64,000 nucleotides of DNA, taken from a virus. This document shows, in pieces, positions 45,601-55,416 of the stretch. The position numbers and the translations under genes are program-made. Below the pieces are notes generated by a model. It worked only from the letters and a program-made list of their open reading frames with translations, was not told where the DNA came from and searched no databases. The stretch lies in IMG/VR virus record IMGVR_UViG_3300038944_000010; one strand, written 5' to 3'. Numbering within the stretch: position 1 is the first letter of the stretch; each line of letters starts with the position of its first letter.

Positions 45601-48600
45601 AACGGATTGGTCGCAACGAATTTGGCGGCTTTCCAGCCCATGCCCAAACCCTTGCCCATGAGTTTAGTCGCACCCCAGCCGAGCCGAGCAGCCCCGCCAA
45701 GCAACCGACCACCCATGCGAAGACCCGTGCCGAACCTCCCCATCTTGTCCAGACCCTTGTTACCCCACCGTTTGGCGAAGTCCCAGGCCTTACCCAATTT
45801 CCCACGTGGCTTGCCTGGACGGTTGGTTTTGGTTTTGTTGCGATTGCGCTTTTTCTTATCATCACTGCCGTCACCAAGATCGGTGTAGTCAATGTTGACA
45901 CCGCCCTCGCCGTCCTCATCCTCACCGCCTTGACCGCCCAACCGATCCAATAGACCGGCCAACGCACCGCCTTTACCAAACAGGCCTTTGACGTCGTCGT
46001 ATTTACCCTTGACTTTATCCTTAGCCTGATCTGCCAGTTCCTTGCGGCGACTGAACATCTCTTGGAACGAGCCTTTACGCAGCTTCTCCGGGGTCACTTG
46101 CTTGAGCGTCTCGTATTGCAATTGCACCGAGCGCATCAACAAGGTCACGGTGTCTTCTTCAGGCTTGCCGGAGAGCTCACCTGAGATATCTGCCGAAGCT
46201 TTGTCACTGCGGAAGAACTTCATCAAACGCTTCATGCGGGGTTTGAACAGACGACGTTCCTTATCGACTGCCTTCTGTGCGCTGGCGCCTACGGTGGTGA
46301 GTTTGTTGCCAAACCTGTCCACTGCCTCATTGAGGGGCTCGCTGTCACGAACCGAAGAGATCTTGGCATGTGCAGCCGCAATCGCACTGGCCGTCATGGC
46401 ACCGGCTTTCGAGCCCTTAAAGCGCCCAAGTACATCACCTGCACGTTTGTAGATCTTTCCTTTGGCATTGGCTACCACACCGCTTTCCATCAACTCGGTG
46501 TAGCGGACAACGGTCTTCCCTTTAAGGTCGACGACATCGCCCTGGATGTCTTCCCAGCGCTTGAGCACTTCCCCAGTAGCCTTGTCGCGATACTCGCCGG
46601 CTTTGAGTTTCATCTCTTGCAGGCGGGGGTGATCCTCACCCTCAATCCACATGTCCTTCGCTTCACGTAGCACGTCACCGGCTTTGGCCTGGGCCTTGTC
46701 CATGAACTCGCCTGTACGGGCATTGAACTGAGCCAGGCGTTTCGGCGCACGTTCACGCAGGTTACGCAGACGCTCAGCGGTGGTGTTATACAGTGACGAT
46801 CCATTGGAAGGACTGGTGGGAGAGGGTTTGTCGCCGCAGCACAGGCGCATGCCTTTGAGCAATTCGACGGTTTCCGAGTGGAAGTCCCGCGATTCCCGGA
46901 TCAAGGTGATCAGGGTGCTTTTATCACCTAGGAAGCGTTCGAGTCCTCCGACGGATCTTTGGGCATCCCCTTGAGAACGTGCCAGATCAGCTCGATCAGC
47001 ACGGCTGGCGAGATCACTACGAATTTGATCAGCGCCATAAACACTATTAAGACGGACACCACCGCGATTATCACCATGCGGGCCGCTTTGCGAAGCTCCA
47101 GCTTCGCTTGATTCGTCATCCTCATCGAGTACCGAGCCCCAGATTTTGTCGAAGTTGATACGGTCTTCTCGACCCTGACGTTCGATGTAACCCAGTTTAC
47201 GGAGACTGTCTTTGCCCAGTACGTCACCCAGAATCCGGATGCGATCCCCGCTGGCGGGAATCATACTGGCCATACGCAGGAACTGGTCGCGGATATCATT
47301 TCCACGACGAATGCCTTCCGGAGAGGTGTCCGTGGCATTGCCTTCGTAATCGAGACCAAAGGTGTCGATGATCAGCGAAGTGATCTCATCAACAATGCCT
47401 ACGTCTTCACCGGGGTACCCGGCAGGATCGGCAAGTCGCTTGGGGACCAGGTCACGACCATTGGCCAGTTCATCCAAAAGCTTGCGCTTAAGGGTTCGCT
47501 GGGCTTTGGAAGACATGACGTCCCCGCCGATGGTCTGCAGGAACTCATCTGCCGCGGTTCGCAACGAATCCCGTTCTGAACGGGACATGATCTGGCGACC
47601 GACGTCTTTGAGTTGTTCCTTCTCCGAGGTGAACCCACCCCGAACAACGTTGTAGACCCGTTTTTCACTGTCCTTCTCCCCGGTGACCGCAACGCGGCTC
47701 CAGTGGGCAATCTCGGACAGGTAGCCTGGGATGATTTCGATCAACGAACGACGAGCAATCTTGTCGAACTTGTCAATCTCATCGAGGCTCTCAACCGGCG
47801 TACCGCCTGTACGCGAGTCCAAGGAGAACTGCGGCAGGAAGGACTTGAACATCTGGGTCATCACGGATTTAAAGCCGGTGCCCTCTGTTTCCGATTGAGC
47901 GTATTCGTTCACCCGCTGCGGCAATCCACTGAAGGTATTGCGCAGTTTCTCGCCAGTCTTGGCGATGGTCTTGTTGCGGGCCAGGTACGGGGCAATGAAC
48001 ATAGACGCATGGTCACGGGCCGTACTGCCGATCATCGAACCGACGGCTTCGCCGCCGAGTTGATAACCGTTCATACCTGTGCCTTCGGTCATCTGCTTGG
48101 CTTCACTGATCGGGTCAATGATGCCTCTGATCACACCGCCGGCATTATCCAACAACTGCTGGGTGTAGTTCTGCGACCAGTTGGAGATGGTGTTCAGGCC
48201 CTTGCCCATCAGCCGCTGCCTGGCCAGTTGACCAAACATTTCACTGCCCCGAATTTTTACAGCTTCAGGCAGTGCGGTGTTGTGACGGATGGTTTCCAAG
48301 AGTTGAGTTTGCTTGGACGTGGCCTCAACCATCAGATCCGTCAGTTGCCGGGTAGTGGCATATTGACGGTAGTTCAGCTCCAACATCTTCTGCTGGTAAC
48401 GAGCGGTTACCTTATCCTGGTAACCCACCAGACGTGCCATGCTGCGGTTAATTGCAGTGAGCACTTGGATGTTGGTTTTGAACCGTGCCTGGTCCATGGC
48501 TTTGCGTTCGACGTTTTCCACATCGTCACGCTTGGCGCGTTCTTCACCGGCCGCTGTACTGGCCTTGAAGATTTCCGCCAACGCAGCCAAGTCACTTTCT

Positions 48601-49052
48601 TCCTGTTCGCGCCGGTAATCAGCGCTGGACTTGATGCTGGTTTCTAAGTCGTCTTGCTCAAGAGCACTGTTCAACCGGTCGGCTACCTTTTTCGGTAGCA
48701 CCTTATTACCAACAAGGTTCATGGCCTTTCGGCCAAAACTCTTGCTGCCGCGAACAATCTCCGGAGACTCTCCGGTCACCTTATCGTATAGCGATCGGGC
48801 ATCGGTTGCGACGTTTTCAATGGTGTCTGCAGCCAGGCCGTAGCCGTCGGGCATCGCCATTGACATCGCGCGACGCAAGGCGGTCGGGCTGGCAAGCTCA
48901 CGCTTGACGCCAGACAAGCTACCTTTAACTGCGCTTTCAATCGGACTGCGTGAGGAGCTGTCGACTTCTTCATCGGCATTCCATTCCGGAATGTCGAAAT
49001 CGAAATCATCCAGACCTGAATCGTCCAAATTGATGTCGTCTTTCTTTGCCAT
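42693..49052 (-). CDS. large tail protein with C-terminal lytic transglycosylase domain (phiKZ gp181-like)
   Basis: 2119 aa; AGVESGFRPNA...SAASYYQVIKGTW...YLAHFLGPGGARRFL SLT-type motifs; divergent from the RNAP beta' gene as recalled for phiKZ. Confidence 0.85.
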   Translation of the reverse strand: MAKKDDINLDDSGLDDFDFDIPEWNADEEVDSSSRSPIESAVKGSLSGVKRELASPTALRRAMSMAMPDGYGLAADTIENVATDARSLYDKVTGESPEIVRGSKSFGRKAMNLVGNKVLPKKVADRLNSALEQDDLETSIKSSADYRREQEESDLAALAEIFKASTAAGEERAKRDDVENVERKAMDQARFKTNIQVLTAINRSMARLVGYQDKVTARYQQKMLELNYRQYATTRQLTDLMVEATSKQTQLLETIRHNTALPEAVKIRGSEMFGQLARQRLMGKGLNTISNWSQNYTQQLLDNAGGVIRGIIDPISEAKQMTEGTGMNGYQLGGEAVGSMIGSTARDHASMFIAPYLARNKTIAKTGEKLRNTFSGLPQRVNEYAQSETEGTGFKSVMTQMFKSFLPQFSLDSRTGGTPVESLDEIDKFDKIARRSLIEIIPGYLSEIAHWSRVAVTGEKDSEKRVYNVVRGGFTSEKEQLKDVGRQIMSRSERDSLRTAADEFLQTIGGDVMSSKAQRTLKRKLLDELANGRDLVPKRLADPAGYPGEDVGIVDEITSLIIDTFGLDYEGNATDTSPEGIRRGNDIRDQFLRMASMIPASGDRIRILGDVLGKDSLRKLGYIERQGREDRINFDKIWGSVLDEDDESSEAGASQSGPHGDNRGGVRLNSVYGADQIRSDLASRADRADLARSQGDAQRSVGGLERFLGDKSTLITLIRESRDFHSETVELLKGMRLCCGDKPSPTSPSNGSSLYNTTAERLRNLRERAPKRLAQFNARTGEFMDKAQAKAGDVLREAKDMWIEGEDHPRLQEMKLKAGEYRDKATGEVLKRWEDIQGDVVDLKGKTVVRYTELMESGVVANAKGKIYKRAGDVLGRFKGSKAGAMTASAIAAAHAKISSVRDSEPLNEAVDRFGNKLTTVGASAQKAVDKERRLFKPRMKRLMKFFRSDKASADISGELSGKPEEDTVTLLMRSVQLQYETLKQVTPEKLRKGSFQEMFSRRKELADQAKDKVKGKYDDVKGLFGKGGALAGLLDRLGGQGGEDEDGEGGVNIDYTDLGDGSDDKKKRNRNKTKTNRPGKPRGKLGKAWDFAKRWGNKGLDKMGRFGTGLRMGGRLLGGAARLGWGATKLMGKGLGMGWKAAKFVATNPLTRMVAGTAGRIALGAVMGAAGLVSAPVLAGIAVAGTAIAVGAYVYSATRDKLPPLTRLRMVQYGVNPKPESTDVTTMLELEKLFAKYTSVDSEGKAKIDSQSVPFEAVAGILKLNISDESGKPHVERAMNFLRNRFAAVYLAHVSNYYVLTKSLDLTQIDGKVTGKAALEFVSKVALKERPEVFADMVGPLEDGELEMDAGDVEDTVDDVRKEIQKAMEKESKAEGKPKDHSGHDNGAAAAAATGTAAAGAALAKSGGTAKAGTQGGLTGASGGTAALNTGSKTTGAQVMAPIAAAAGGGTMAAAVVATSARIASRDTELDDGKPVRYRTYGLTEMAEAKVAQLSQLEAFCWPMVQYDQNRQAALKSPAEAYAEAERIFSPIGKEAEEVYVWFYRRFLPTFLAFCSSVRARANIDAAEAARRLKPQQLLEVLRETANAKDASGISVWDIEQTPWKGYYLNDEVASVNDALYNLSLKVKDKTLTEPQTASSGRVRGPNGELLEQDPTQVNVPASAKGTDPAQAGSGNTGAKEEGALSSFWSGIKESLGFGDKKAPQQGAVNNQGQSTAVGPATMPTGTPVQHPGGGSGGNINDVPMPKGDGWEANRETLMAAANMVGIDPALAASIAGVESGFRPNAIPYRNPKNPSAGVLSSAASYYQVIKGTWKSLMAKYAGKYGINPNTTQHDPRANALLGLEYIRENIGVINKVKSNVADTDVYLAHFLGPGGARRFLSAPPGDPAINHVGADQARANPAIFYDRSGRPRTVAAVYKDFDDKLKKHRKSDAAQIAQTLKGGAATAVAEGGEGGNAAESVASAPASPGFELADGTMPSMVKPTASAVSPTNSVAEASPSADVSDLTARADARQTQNSTAGLRVAAQTAEVQSSSRALAAANTNGGVEGNLERLVGVNESQLEQLITLVNLIKQGGALPKVSKEQALVAQAGKTTTQSPQINTPKAATRGTVSVARV

Positions 49053-49135
49053 CGAAATTCTCCAATTTGGCTTATAATACTAAGCCTCCTTCATACCAAC
49101 TGTCGAAAACGACCGTAAACTTACAGGTACGCACG

Positions 49136-50785
49136 ATGAACTACGCTGAAGTACCGGCCAGAGTTTGGCCCATGGTGCTGACTAAGGAACGGGTCAGTCG
49201 CATGACGCCTGTGACCAGTCTGGACATCTACGACGGGGCCAGCAGTGAGTTCCACGATGAGGGATTGTACTCCACCAAGATCTTTGGTCGGGTCGGTTCC
49301 GATGACCGGGACCGCAATTTCTCCTACCTGGACCTTAAGGTGCGCATCTTCCATCCGAAGATCTTCCGCGACCTCATGAGCCTTAAATCCATTTACCGCG
49401 GCATCCTCTCTGGGCGTGAAACCGCCATCTTCGATCCGGTCACCAAAGACTTCATCGCAGACAAGTCGGAGAAGGCCGAGACTGGGTACAGTTTCTTCGT
49501 GCGGCACTTTCATGAACTGGAACTGCGCAAGAGCAAATCCCCAACGCGCATGATCCGGGTGGAGTTCATCAACCAGTGGCGTAAGGATGCGTTAACCCAA
49601 TACATCCCGATTCTGCCTGCTGGTATCCGTGACATTGAAATCAGTGACACAGGTGCGGTGACCAAGAACGAGATTCACGACCTTTATTACCGTGCCCTGT
49701 CCATCAGTAACACCATCCCGGTGACCAGCAACATGGAATCCCCGGCCTTGGACATCGCTCGCAACGCGTTGACCAACTGCCTGATGGAGATCTACGAGCT
49801 GATCGAAGGGATGTTGGCGGGCAAGAACGGCTTTATTCTGGACAAGTGGGCTTCGCGCCGCGTGGTCTACGGTACGCGAAACGTGTTGACGGTGATGGAC
49901 ACCGCCATTGCTGATTTGAACGACACCAACGCACCGGGGTTCGATGCCACCAGTCTGGGTCTGTTCCAGGTCATTAAAGGCCTGACGCCTGTGACCATTC
50001 ATCACCTGCGTCGGGTGTTTGGCGAGCGGATTCAATCCGGTGAAGGTCAAGCGCAACTGATCGACAAGAAGACCCTGCGTCCCACATGGGTCAGCCTGCC
50101 ACCTGAAGTCCGGGACACCTGGACCACCCGTGACGGCTTGAGCCGCGTCATTGATCGGTATCAAATGGTGGAGATGCGTCACCGCCCTGTGGAGATCGAA
50201 GGACACTACCTGGCCCTGATTTACAAAGGCCCGGACAAGACCTTTAAGATCTTCTACGACATTGAAGATATGCCGGCTCACTTGGATCGTGCTCACGTCT
50301 CGCCGATCAACTTGGTGGAGATGCTCTACCTGTGTGGTTACGCCCACTGGAACAAGTACTTCGCACAGATCTGCCGGTACCCTATTTCGGGTAACCGTTC
50401 CATTTATGCCTCTCGGGTCTACGTCAAAACCACGGTCGTGGGCGAGCGTCGAATCGAGCTGGACGATAGCTGGACGGCGTACGATGACGAGGAACATGTG
50501 GCCTTGGAGTTCCCGATGACCGGGTCGACTTCTTATATGGACACGCAATCTCCGCACTCCACTAAACTTGTGGGTCTGCAGGCGGACTTCGACGGCGACA
50601 CCGGCTCGGCAACGCTGGTCATGTCCAAAGAAGCCTTGGCGGAAAACGATCGCATCCTGCGGTCTCGCCAGTACTGGGTCGACACGGACGGTAGCCTCTT
50701 GGCATCGTACGACTACGACACCGTCAAGTACGTTATTCACAACCTGACAGGACGATTCAAACATGGCCGTAATGTTTCAGTATGA
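49136..50785 (+). CDS. virion RNA polymerase beta' subunit, catalytic part (phiKZ gp180-like)
   Basis: GLYSTKIFG, PILPAGIRD, catalytic ADFDGD motif. Confidence 0.92.
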   Translation: MNYAEVPARVWPMVLTKERVSRMTPVTSLDIYDGASSEFHDEGLYSTKIFGRVGSDDRDRNFSYLDLKVRIFHPKIFRDLMSLKSIYRGILSGRETAIFDPVTKDFIADKSEKAETGYSFFVRHFHELELRKSKSPTRMIRVEFINQWRKDALTQYIPILPAGIRDIEISDTGAVTKNEIHDLYYRALSISNTIPVTSNMESPALDIARNALTNCLMEIYELIEGMLAGKNGFILDKWASRRVVYGTRNVLTVMDTAIADLNDTNAPGFDATSLGLFQVIKGLTPVTIHHLRRVFGERIQSGEGQAQLIDKKTLRPTWVSLPPEVRDTWTTRDGLSRVIDRYQMVEMRHRPVEIEGHYLALIYKGPDKTFKIFYDIEDMPAHLDRAHVSPINLVEMLYLCGYAHWNKYFAQICRYPISGNRSIYASRVYVKTTVVGERRIELDDSWTAYDDEEHVALEFPMTGSTSYMDTQSPHSTKLVGLQADFDGDTGSATLVMSKEALAENDRILRSRQYWVDTDGSLLASYDYDTVKYVIHNLTGRFKHGRNVSV

Positions 50786-53700
50786 CCGCTTTGTCAAGCT
50801 CTTTGGCATCTTGCGGCTCGGCGGTCTGGAAAACCCTCGGGTCAGGCCAATCGCCCGCTTCACCCTGCCTCGTGGAACTGTGCTGCATTACATGCCCCGT
50901 ACAGAGACTGAGTTAGGTCCGGCAGGTGACAACCCGGTGATCAACATCGGGCAACGACTGACCTTCATCGATCACGTACCTGACCTCTTGGTCAAAGAGG
51001 GCAACCCCCGTCCGACGTACAAGCTGATCGCCCCCATGATGCAGCAGTATCGTCGTGAGAACATGCTCATCCGTCCGATGCGCGATTACGATGCAGCCAC
51101 CAAAGAGCCATTGAACTTGGTTGTGGTCAACTACTCGATGGTTGGCCAGATGTACAAGTACATGCGCTCGGCCTTGAGCCGTTGGTGGTCCTGGAAGAAC
51201 GTGCGTTCGACCATGTGGGAGCGGATCAATCAGCTTAAGACTAACAACGAGCGTCACCATGTGGTGATCTTCGATGTCCCGCAATCGTTGCCTTCCCTGT
51301 CTGATCTGCGCAAGGCTGAGAAAGGCATCACACCCCTGCTGATGAACAAGGTCTTCACCTCCCGTGAGCGTCTGGACCTGCTGGACATCTGGACGTGGTT
51401 GGGTGAACGCCGTAAGTCGACGCCCATGGGTCGGCTGGATGAATCCCGCCTGAACCAGGTGCTGCTGCTGATCCGTCGGGACACCGGTTGGCTCAGTATC
51501 AACCTGGGGCTGCTTGACGGCTGGCGTAAAGTTGGCACTGGTGTGTCGATGGAAGCCTTCCAGCCCATGCCGCAGGAAGACAACTTCAACTTCGACGCCC
51601 TGTATGACGAATACGTGTCGCTGGAAAACGCCGGGGATATCACGCCGGTGGACGGGTTGTTCGAAGCCTCGATGGAAGGGGCAATGGGGCTTGATCCGAA
51701 GATCCTGCAAGTGCGCTTCCTGAAACTGCTAACTAAGGTCATCGATCAGACCAGTTCGGTCGTGTCGACCTCGGATGACGAAGATCGAGCTGAGGACGAG
51801 AAAGAGCGTAACGAGGAAGAAGCCCGTGAAGATGCGGCTGCTGAAGAGCAGATGCGGCAAGAGTCAGGCTCGGCACAAGAACTGGTCGAGGAAGAAGAGG
51901 AAGAACTCTCAGCTGACCTCGATGAACCGGTGACAGACAGCGACACGATCATGATGGATGAGGACGGTGAACTGATCATCGAATCCTCCCCGGAAGAGCG
52001 CCCTGACGCTACACCAGCAGTGGGCAGCCACAACATCGAACACACCCTGACCAGTACCATTCAGGAAAAGCTCGATGAGTTGGTGGAGAAAGACCTGTAC
52101 ACGGCGGCACAGTACCGGCGCATGCAGCGGCTGGCGGAAAGCTACAAGACCATCCCCAACCCGTGGGACAACACGCAGACCATCGAAGGGTCCCTTGAGA
52201 TCACTCAAGACGATCTGGTCTTGGGTGAAAGCGACAGCTACCCCAAGACCGATGCAGTGCGTGATGAATCGATGCTGCAATCGACCGTCGAGAAGATGGA
52301 CAGTCAGTACATCGAAAAGGTCATGAAGAAGGACATCCTCAATGCAGTCATGTCGGTGCAAAAGGCCGGTGTGGCAGTCACGGGGTACACGGTCGAAACC
52401 GTGGAAGATGCGGTCAGTCACTACGAGATCCACAAGATCCAGTTGACGCCTGTGACCGGTAAGCCTTCGACCATCTCCTTCCGGGTTCCGGTGGTAGACA
52501 AACGTGGGGTGTACATCTCCAACGGTCAGCGTTACCGCATGCGGACGCAGAAAGCCGATGTCCCAATCCGTAAGGTCAATGAATCACGGGTCGCCCTGAC
52601 TTCGTACTACAGTAAGGTGTTTGTCGACCGTTCGCAACGGGCGGTGTTCAACTACGACAACTGGCTCGGTAAGCAAATCATCGCCAAGGGTCTTGATCCG
52701 GCGGATGAGAGCATCAAGAACGTGAAGATTGCCAACGTGGCAGACTTCTCGAAAGACTTGCCGACCATCTACACCGTGATTGCCAGCCGGGTGTTCAGCT
52801 TCGAGGCCGATGGGCAGTACTGGTTCGATTATAAGAACCGGCACCGCTCCAAGCTGTTTGATGAAGAGACCCTGACGCAATTGGAGATGCGTTTCAAGAA
52901 GTGGGTGGTCTGTGGTAAGCGCGGTGGTCAATACATCATGGTCTCGCCAGAGAACGTCTTCTACTTGGTCAAGCTGAACAGTGATGAAGCCACACCGCTG
53001 GGTCCGATCGAAGAGATCCTTGGCCTGTCGCAAGAGAAAGCCCCGGTCAACATGGCCGAGATCAGTATCTTCGGTAAGACCATGCCCGTGGGTATCGCTC
53101 TGGCGTACTTGCTCGGGTTTGATCGCCTGCTCGAACTGACGAAGGCTACGTACCGGGTGGTTGCACTGGGTACACGGTTGCAAATGGGCGCGGATGAATA
53201 CGCCATCAAGTTCCTGGATGAAACCGTGGTGATGGACAAGTCGGACGTCAAGACGAGCCTGGTCTTTGCAGGCTTCCTGCATTATCACAAACACGTGCGT
53301 AACTTCAGTCGTCACAGCTTCAATGCCAAGGACGTGTACTTCAACATCCTGGAAGCCAACAACATCGGCCTGCGCTACTTGCGTGAACTGGACCTGATGA
53401 ACGCCATGTGGGTCGACCCGATCACCAAAGGCGTGTTGGAATGGATGAAGGAGCCGACCGAATTCGTGCCGCTGTTGGTACGGGCTTGTGAACTGCTGGT
53501 CAGCCGGTATGTGCCCAAGAAGGTCGAGAACGCCGAAGGCTTGGTAGAGGGCATGGAACGGGCCAAGGGCTACGAGCGGATTCCGGGTGCAGTGTACGCT
53601 GAACTCGTGCGTTCGATTCGGGTCTACAACTCGCGCAATGCCAACAACAGCTCGCAGGTGTCCATGAAGCCACACGAAGTCTGGACGAACATCGTCCAAG

Positions 53701-55151
53701 ACCCGGCGTCGGCGATTGTGGATGACATCAACCCGATTCAGAACCTGAAGCAGAAAGAGATCATTACCTACGGCGGCCGCGGTGGTCGCAGTGGTCGGTC
53801 GATGACTGCCGAGGCACGTCTGTATAAGGAAAGTGACATCGGGTTCATTTCGGAAAGCACGGTAGACTCCGGCGACGTGGCGGTCATCACCTACATGTCT
53901 CCGAACGCAAACATCACCAGTGTGCGTGGTACTGTGCGGGAGTTCGATAAAGAGAAGGATGGTTCGGCCAACATCGTGTCGACCTCAGCTCTGATCTCTC
54001 CGTTCGCTGACCGAGACGACCCTAAGCGGGTAAACTTCATTGGTATCCAGCAGTCGCACGTGATCTCTGCAGAGGGTTATCGTGAGTCGCCCATCTCCAC
54101 CGGTTACGATCATGTCCTGGCCCATCGGGTCGATGAGATCTTTGCAGTCCCGGCTGAGAAGAATGGCGAGGTGGTGGAACGCACCGATGAGCACATGGTC
54201 GTGGCCTATGAGGACGGAACCTTCGAGCACATCGACTTGACGACCCAGTACGGGATCTCGGCAGGTTCGGTGTACCCGCAGAAACAAGCCTCTACGTTCC
54301 AGTTGGGCGACAAGGTACAGAAAGGCGACATCCTCAAGTACAACTCGGGCTTCTTTAAACCGAGTAAGTTCCACCGCCATCAAGTGCAGTGGAAGGCTGG
54401 GGTCATCGCACGGACAGCCCTCATGGAAGCCTCCTATACCCTGGAAGATTCCTCGGCGATGGACGATTGGCTGGCCGGTCAGCTGGGCTCGGAAGTGACG
54501 AAGGTGAAAACCATCGTTGTCCGGTTCGATCAGACCATCCGCAACCTGGTTAAGGAAGGGGACCATACCGACATCACAAGTATCTTATGCACGATTGAAG
54601 ATGCTGTAACGGCGGATTCTGGACTCTTCAGTGACGATGACCTTGAAACACTTCGTTTGATGTCCTCGGCTACACCGACGGCAGGTGCTGTTGGCGAGGT
54701 GTCGAAGATTGAGGTCTTCTACCACGGCGATACCGATGACATGTCGGATTCGTTGTTGGAGTTGGTCAGTGCTCATGACAAACGCCGCCGCAAGGCAGCC
54801 AAGCGTCTGGGCAAACCGGTTGTCACAGGTCAGGTCGACCAGTCCCTTCGTATCGACGGGAACGGGTTAGAGCTCGATCACGTTGCCATCAAAGTCTACA
54901 TCACTCACCGTGAAGGCATGGGCGTCGGCGATAAGGCAGTGTTCTGCAACCAGATGAAAACCGTCGTGGGTCATCGCTTGAGCGGAATCAACGAAACGGA
55001 ATCGGGTAAACAGATCAATGCCATCTTCGGTGCCAAATCGGTCATGGACCGTATCGTCTTGTCAGCCCTGCTGATCGGCATGTCGATTGCTGTGCAAACA
55101 GCGATTGGTGAGAAAGCAGCAGCGATGTGGACGGGTAACGATACCAAGTAG
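50763..55151 (+). CDS. virion RNA polymerase beta subunit (phiKZ gp178-like)
   Basis: 1462 aa; GVYISNG, SPFADRDDPKRVNF, LEDSS, MGVGDK...NQMKTV correspond to RpoB motifs. Confidence 0.9.
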   Translation: MAVMFQYDRFVKLFGILRLGGLENPRVRPIARFTLPRGTVLHYMPRTETELGPAGDNPVINIGQRLTFIDHVPDLLVKEGNPRPTYKLIAPMMQQYRRENMLIRPMRDYDAATKEPLNLVVVNYSMVGQMYKYMRSALSRWWSWKNVRSTMWERINQLKTNNERHHVVIFDVPQSLPSLSDLRKAEKGITPLLMNKVFTSRERLDLLDIWTWLGERRKSTPMGRLDESRLNQVLLLIRRDTGWLSINLGLLDGWRKVGTGVSMEAFQPMPQEDNFNFDALYDEYVSLENAGDITPVDGLFEASMEGAMGLDPKILQVRFLKLLTKVIDQTSSVVSTSDDEDRAEDEKERNEEEAREDAAAEEQMRQESGSAQELVEEEEEELSADLDEPVTDSDTIMMDEDGELIIESSPEERPDATPAVGSHNIEHTLTSTIQEKLDELVEKDLYTAAQYRRMQRLAESYKTIPNPWDNTQTIEGSLEITQDDLVLGESDSYPKTDAVRDESMLQSTVEKMDSQYIEKVMKKDILNAVMSVQKAGVAVTGYTVETVEDAVSHYEIHKIQLTPVTGKPSTISFRVPVVDKRGVYISNGQRYRMRTQKADVPIRKVNESRVALTSYYSKVFVDRSQRAVFNYDNWLGKQIIAKGLDPADESIKNVKIANVADFSKDLPTIYTVIASRVFSFEADGQYWFDYKNRHRSKLFDEETLTQLEMRFKKWVVCGKRGGQYIMVSPENVFYLVKLNSDEATPLGPIEEILGLSQEKAPVNMAEISIFGKTMPVGIALAYLLGFDRLLELTKATYRVVALGTRLQMGADEYAIKFLDETVVMDKSDVKTSLVFAGFLHYHKHVRNFSRHSFNAKDVYFNILEANNIGLRYLRELDLMNAMWVDPITKGVLEWMKEPTEFVPLLVRACELLVSRYVPKKVENAEGLVEGMERAKGYERIPGAVYAELVRSIRVYNSRNANNSSQVSMKPHEVWTNIVQDPASAIVDDINPIQNLKQKEIITYGGRGGRSGRSMTAEARLYKESDIGFISESTVDSGDVAVITYMSPNANITSVRGTVREFDKEKDGSANIVSTSALISPFADRDDPKRVNFIGIQQSHVISAEGYRESPISTGYDHVLAHRVDEIFAVPAEKNGEVVERTDEHMVVAYEDGTFEHIDLTTQYGISAGSVYPQKQASTFQLGDKVQKGDILKYNSGFFKPSKFHRHQVQWKAGVIARTALMEASYTLEDSSAMDDWLAGQLGSEVTKVKTIVVRFDQTIRNLVKEGDHTDITSILCTIEDAVTADSGLFSDDDLETLRLMSSATPTAGAVGEVSKIEVFYHGDTDDMSDSLLELVSAHDKRRRKAAKRLGKPVVTGQVDQSLRIDGNGLELDHVAIKVYITHREGMGVGDKAVFCNQMKTVVGHRLSGINETESGKQINAIFGAKSVMDRIVLSALLIGMSIAVQTAIGEKAAAMWTGNDTK

Positions 55152-55221
55152 TTGAAGTCCGGGGGTTAACGCCCCCGGATCTCCTTTTACAGCGCCTCGA
55201 ATATTTACAGGAATTTGCCTC

Positions 55222-55416
55222 ATGAGCAATGCTACTACCTTCAACAATCTGACAGTGCTCTCTGGTGCTGTGGACCTGGCCGTGGAGATCATCTCCAACG
55301 TGTCGGGCAACCTCGTCTCCAACCACTTGGATGGCGTGCCGCTGAACGACCGCACCATCGCTGCTATTGCTGCAGCGGACATCAACAATGTTATCGAGGG
55401 CCGCGAGAATGCTTAA
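55222..55416 (+). CDS. small hypothetical protein (64 aa)
   Basis: AGGA SD; overlaps the next start. Confidence 0.6.
   Translation: MSNATTFNNLTVLSGAVDLAVEIISNVSGNLVSNHLDGVPLNDRTIAAIAAADINNVIEGRENA

Noticed and set aside
49136..55151. Introns or inteins in the RNAP genes
   Set aside because: Both ORFs are continuous, with no intein termini or homing endonuclease motifs seen.
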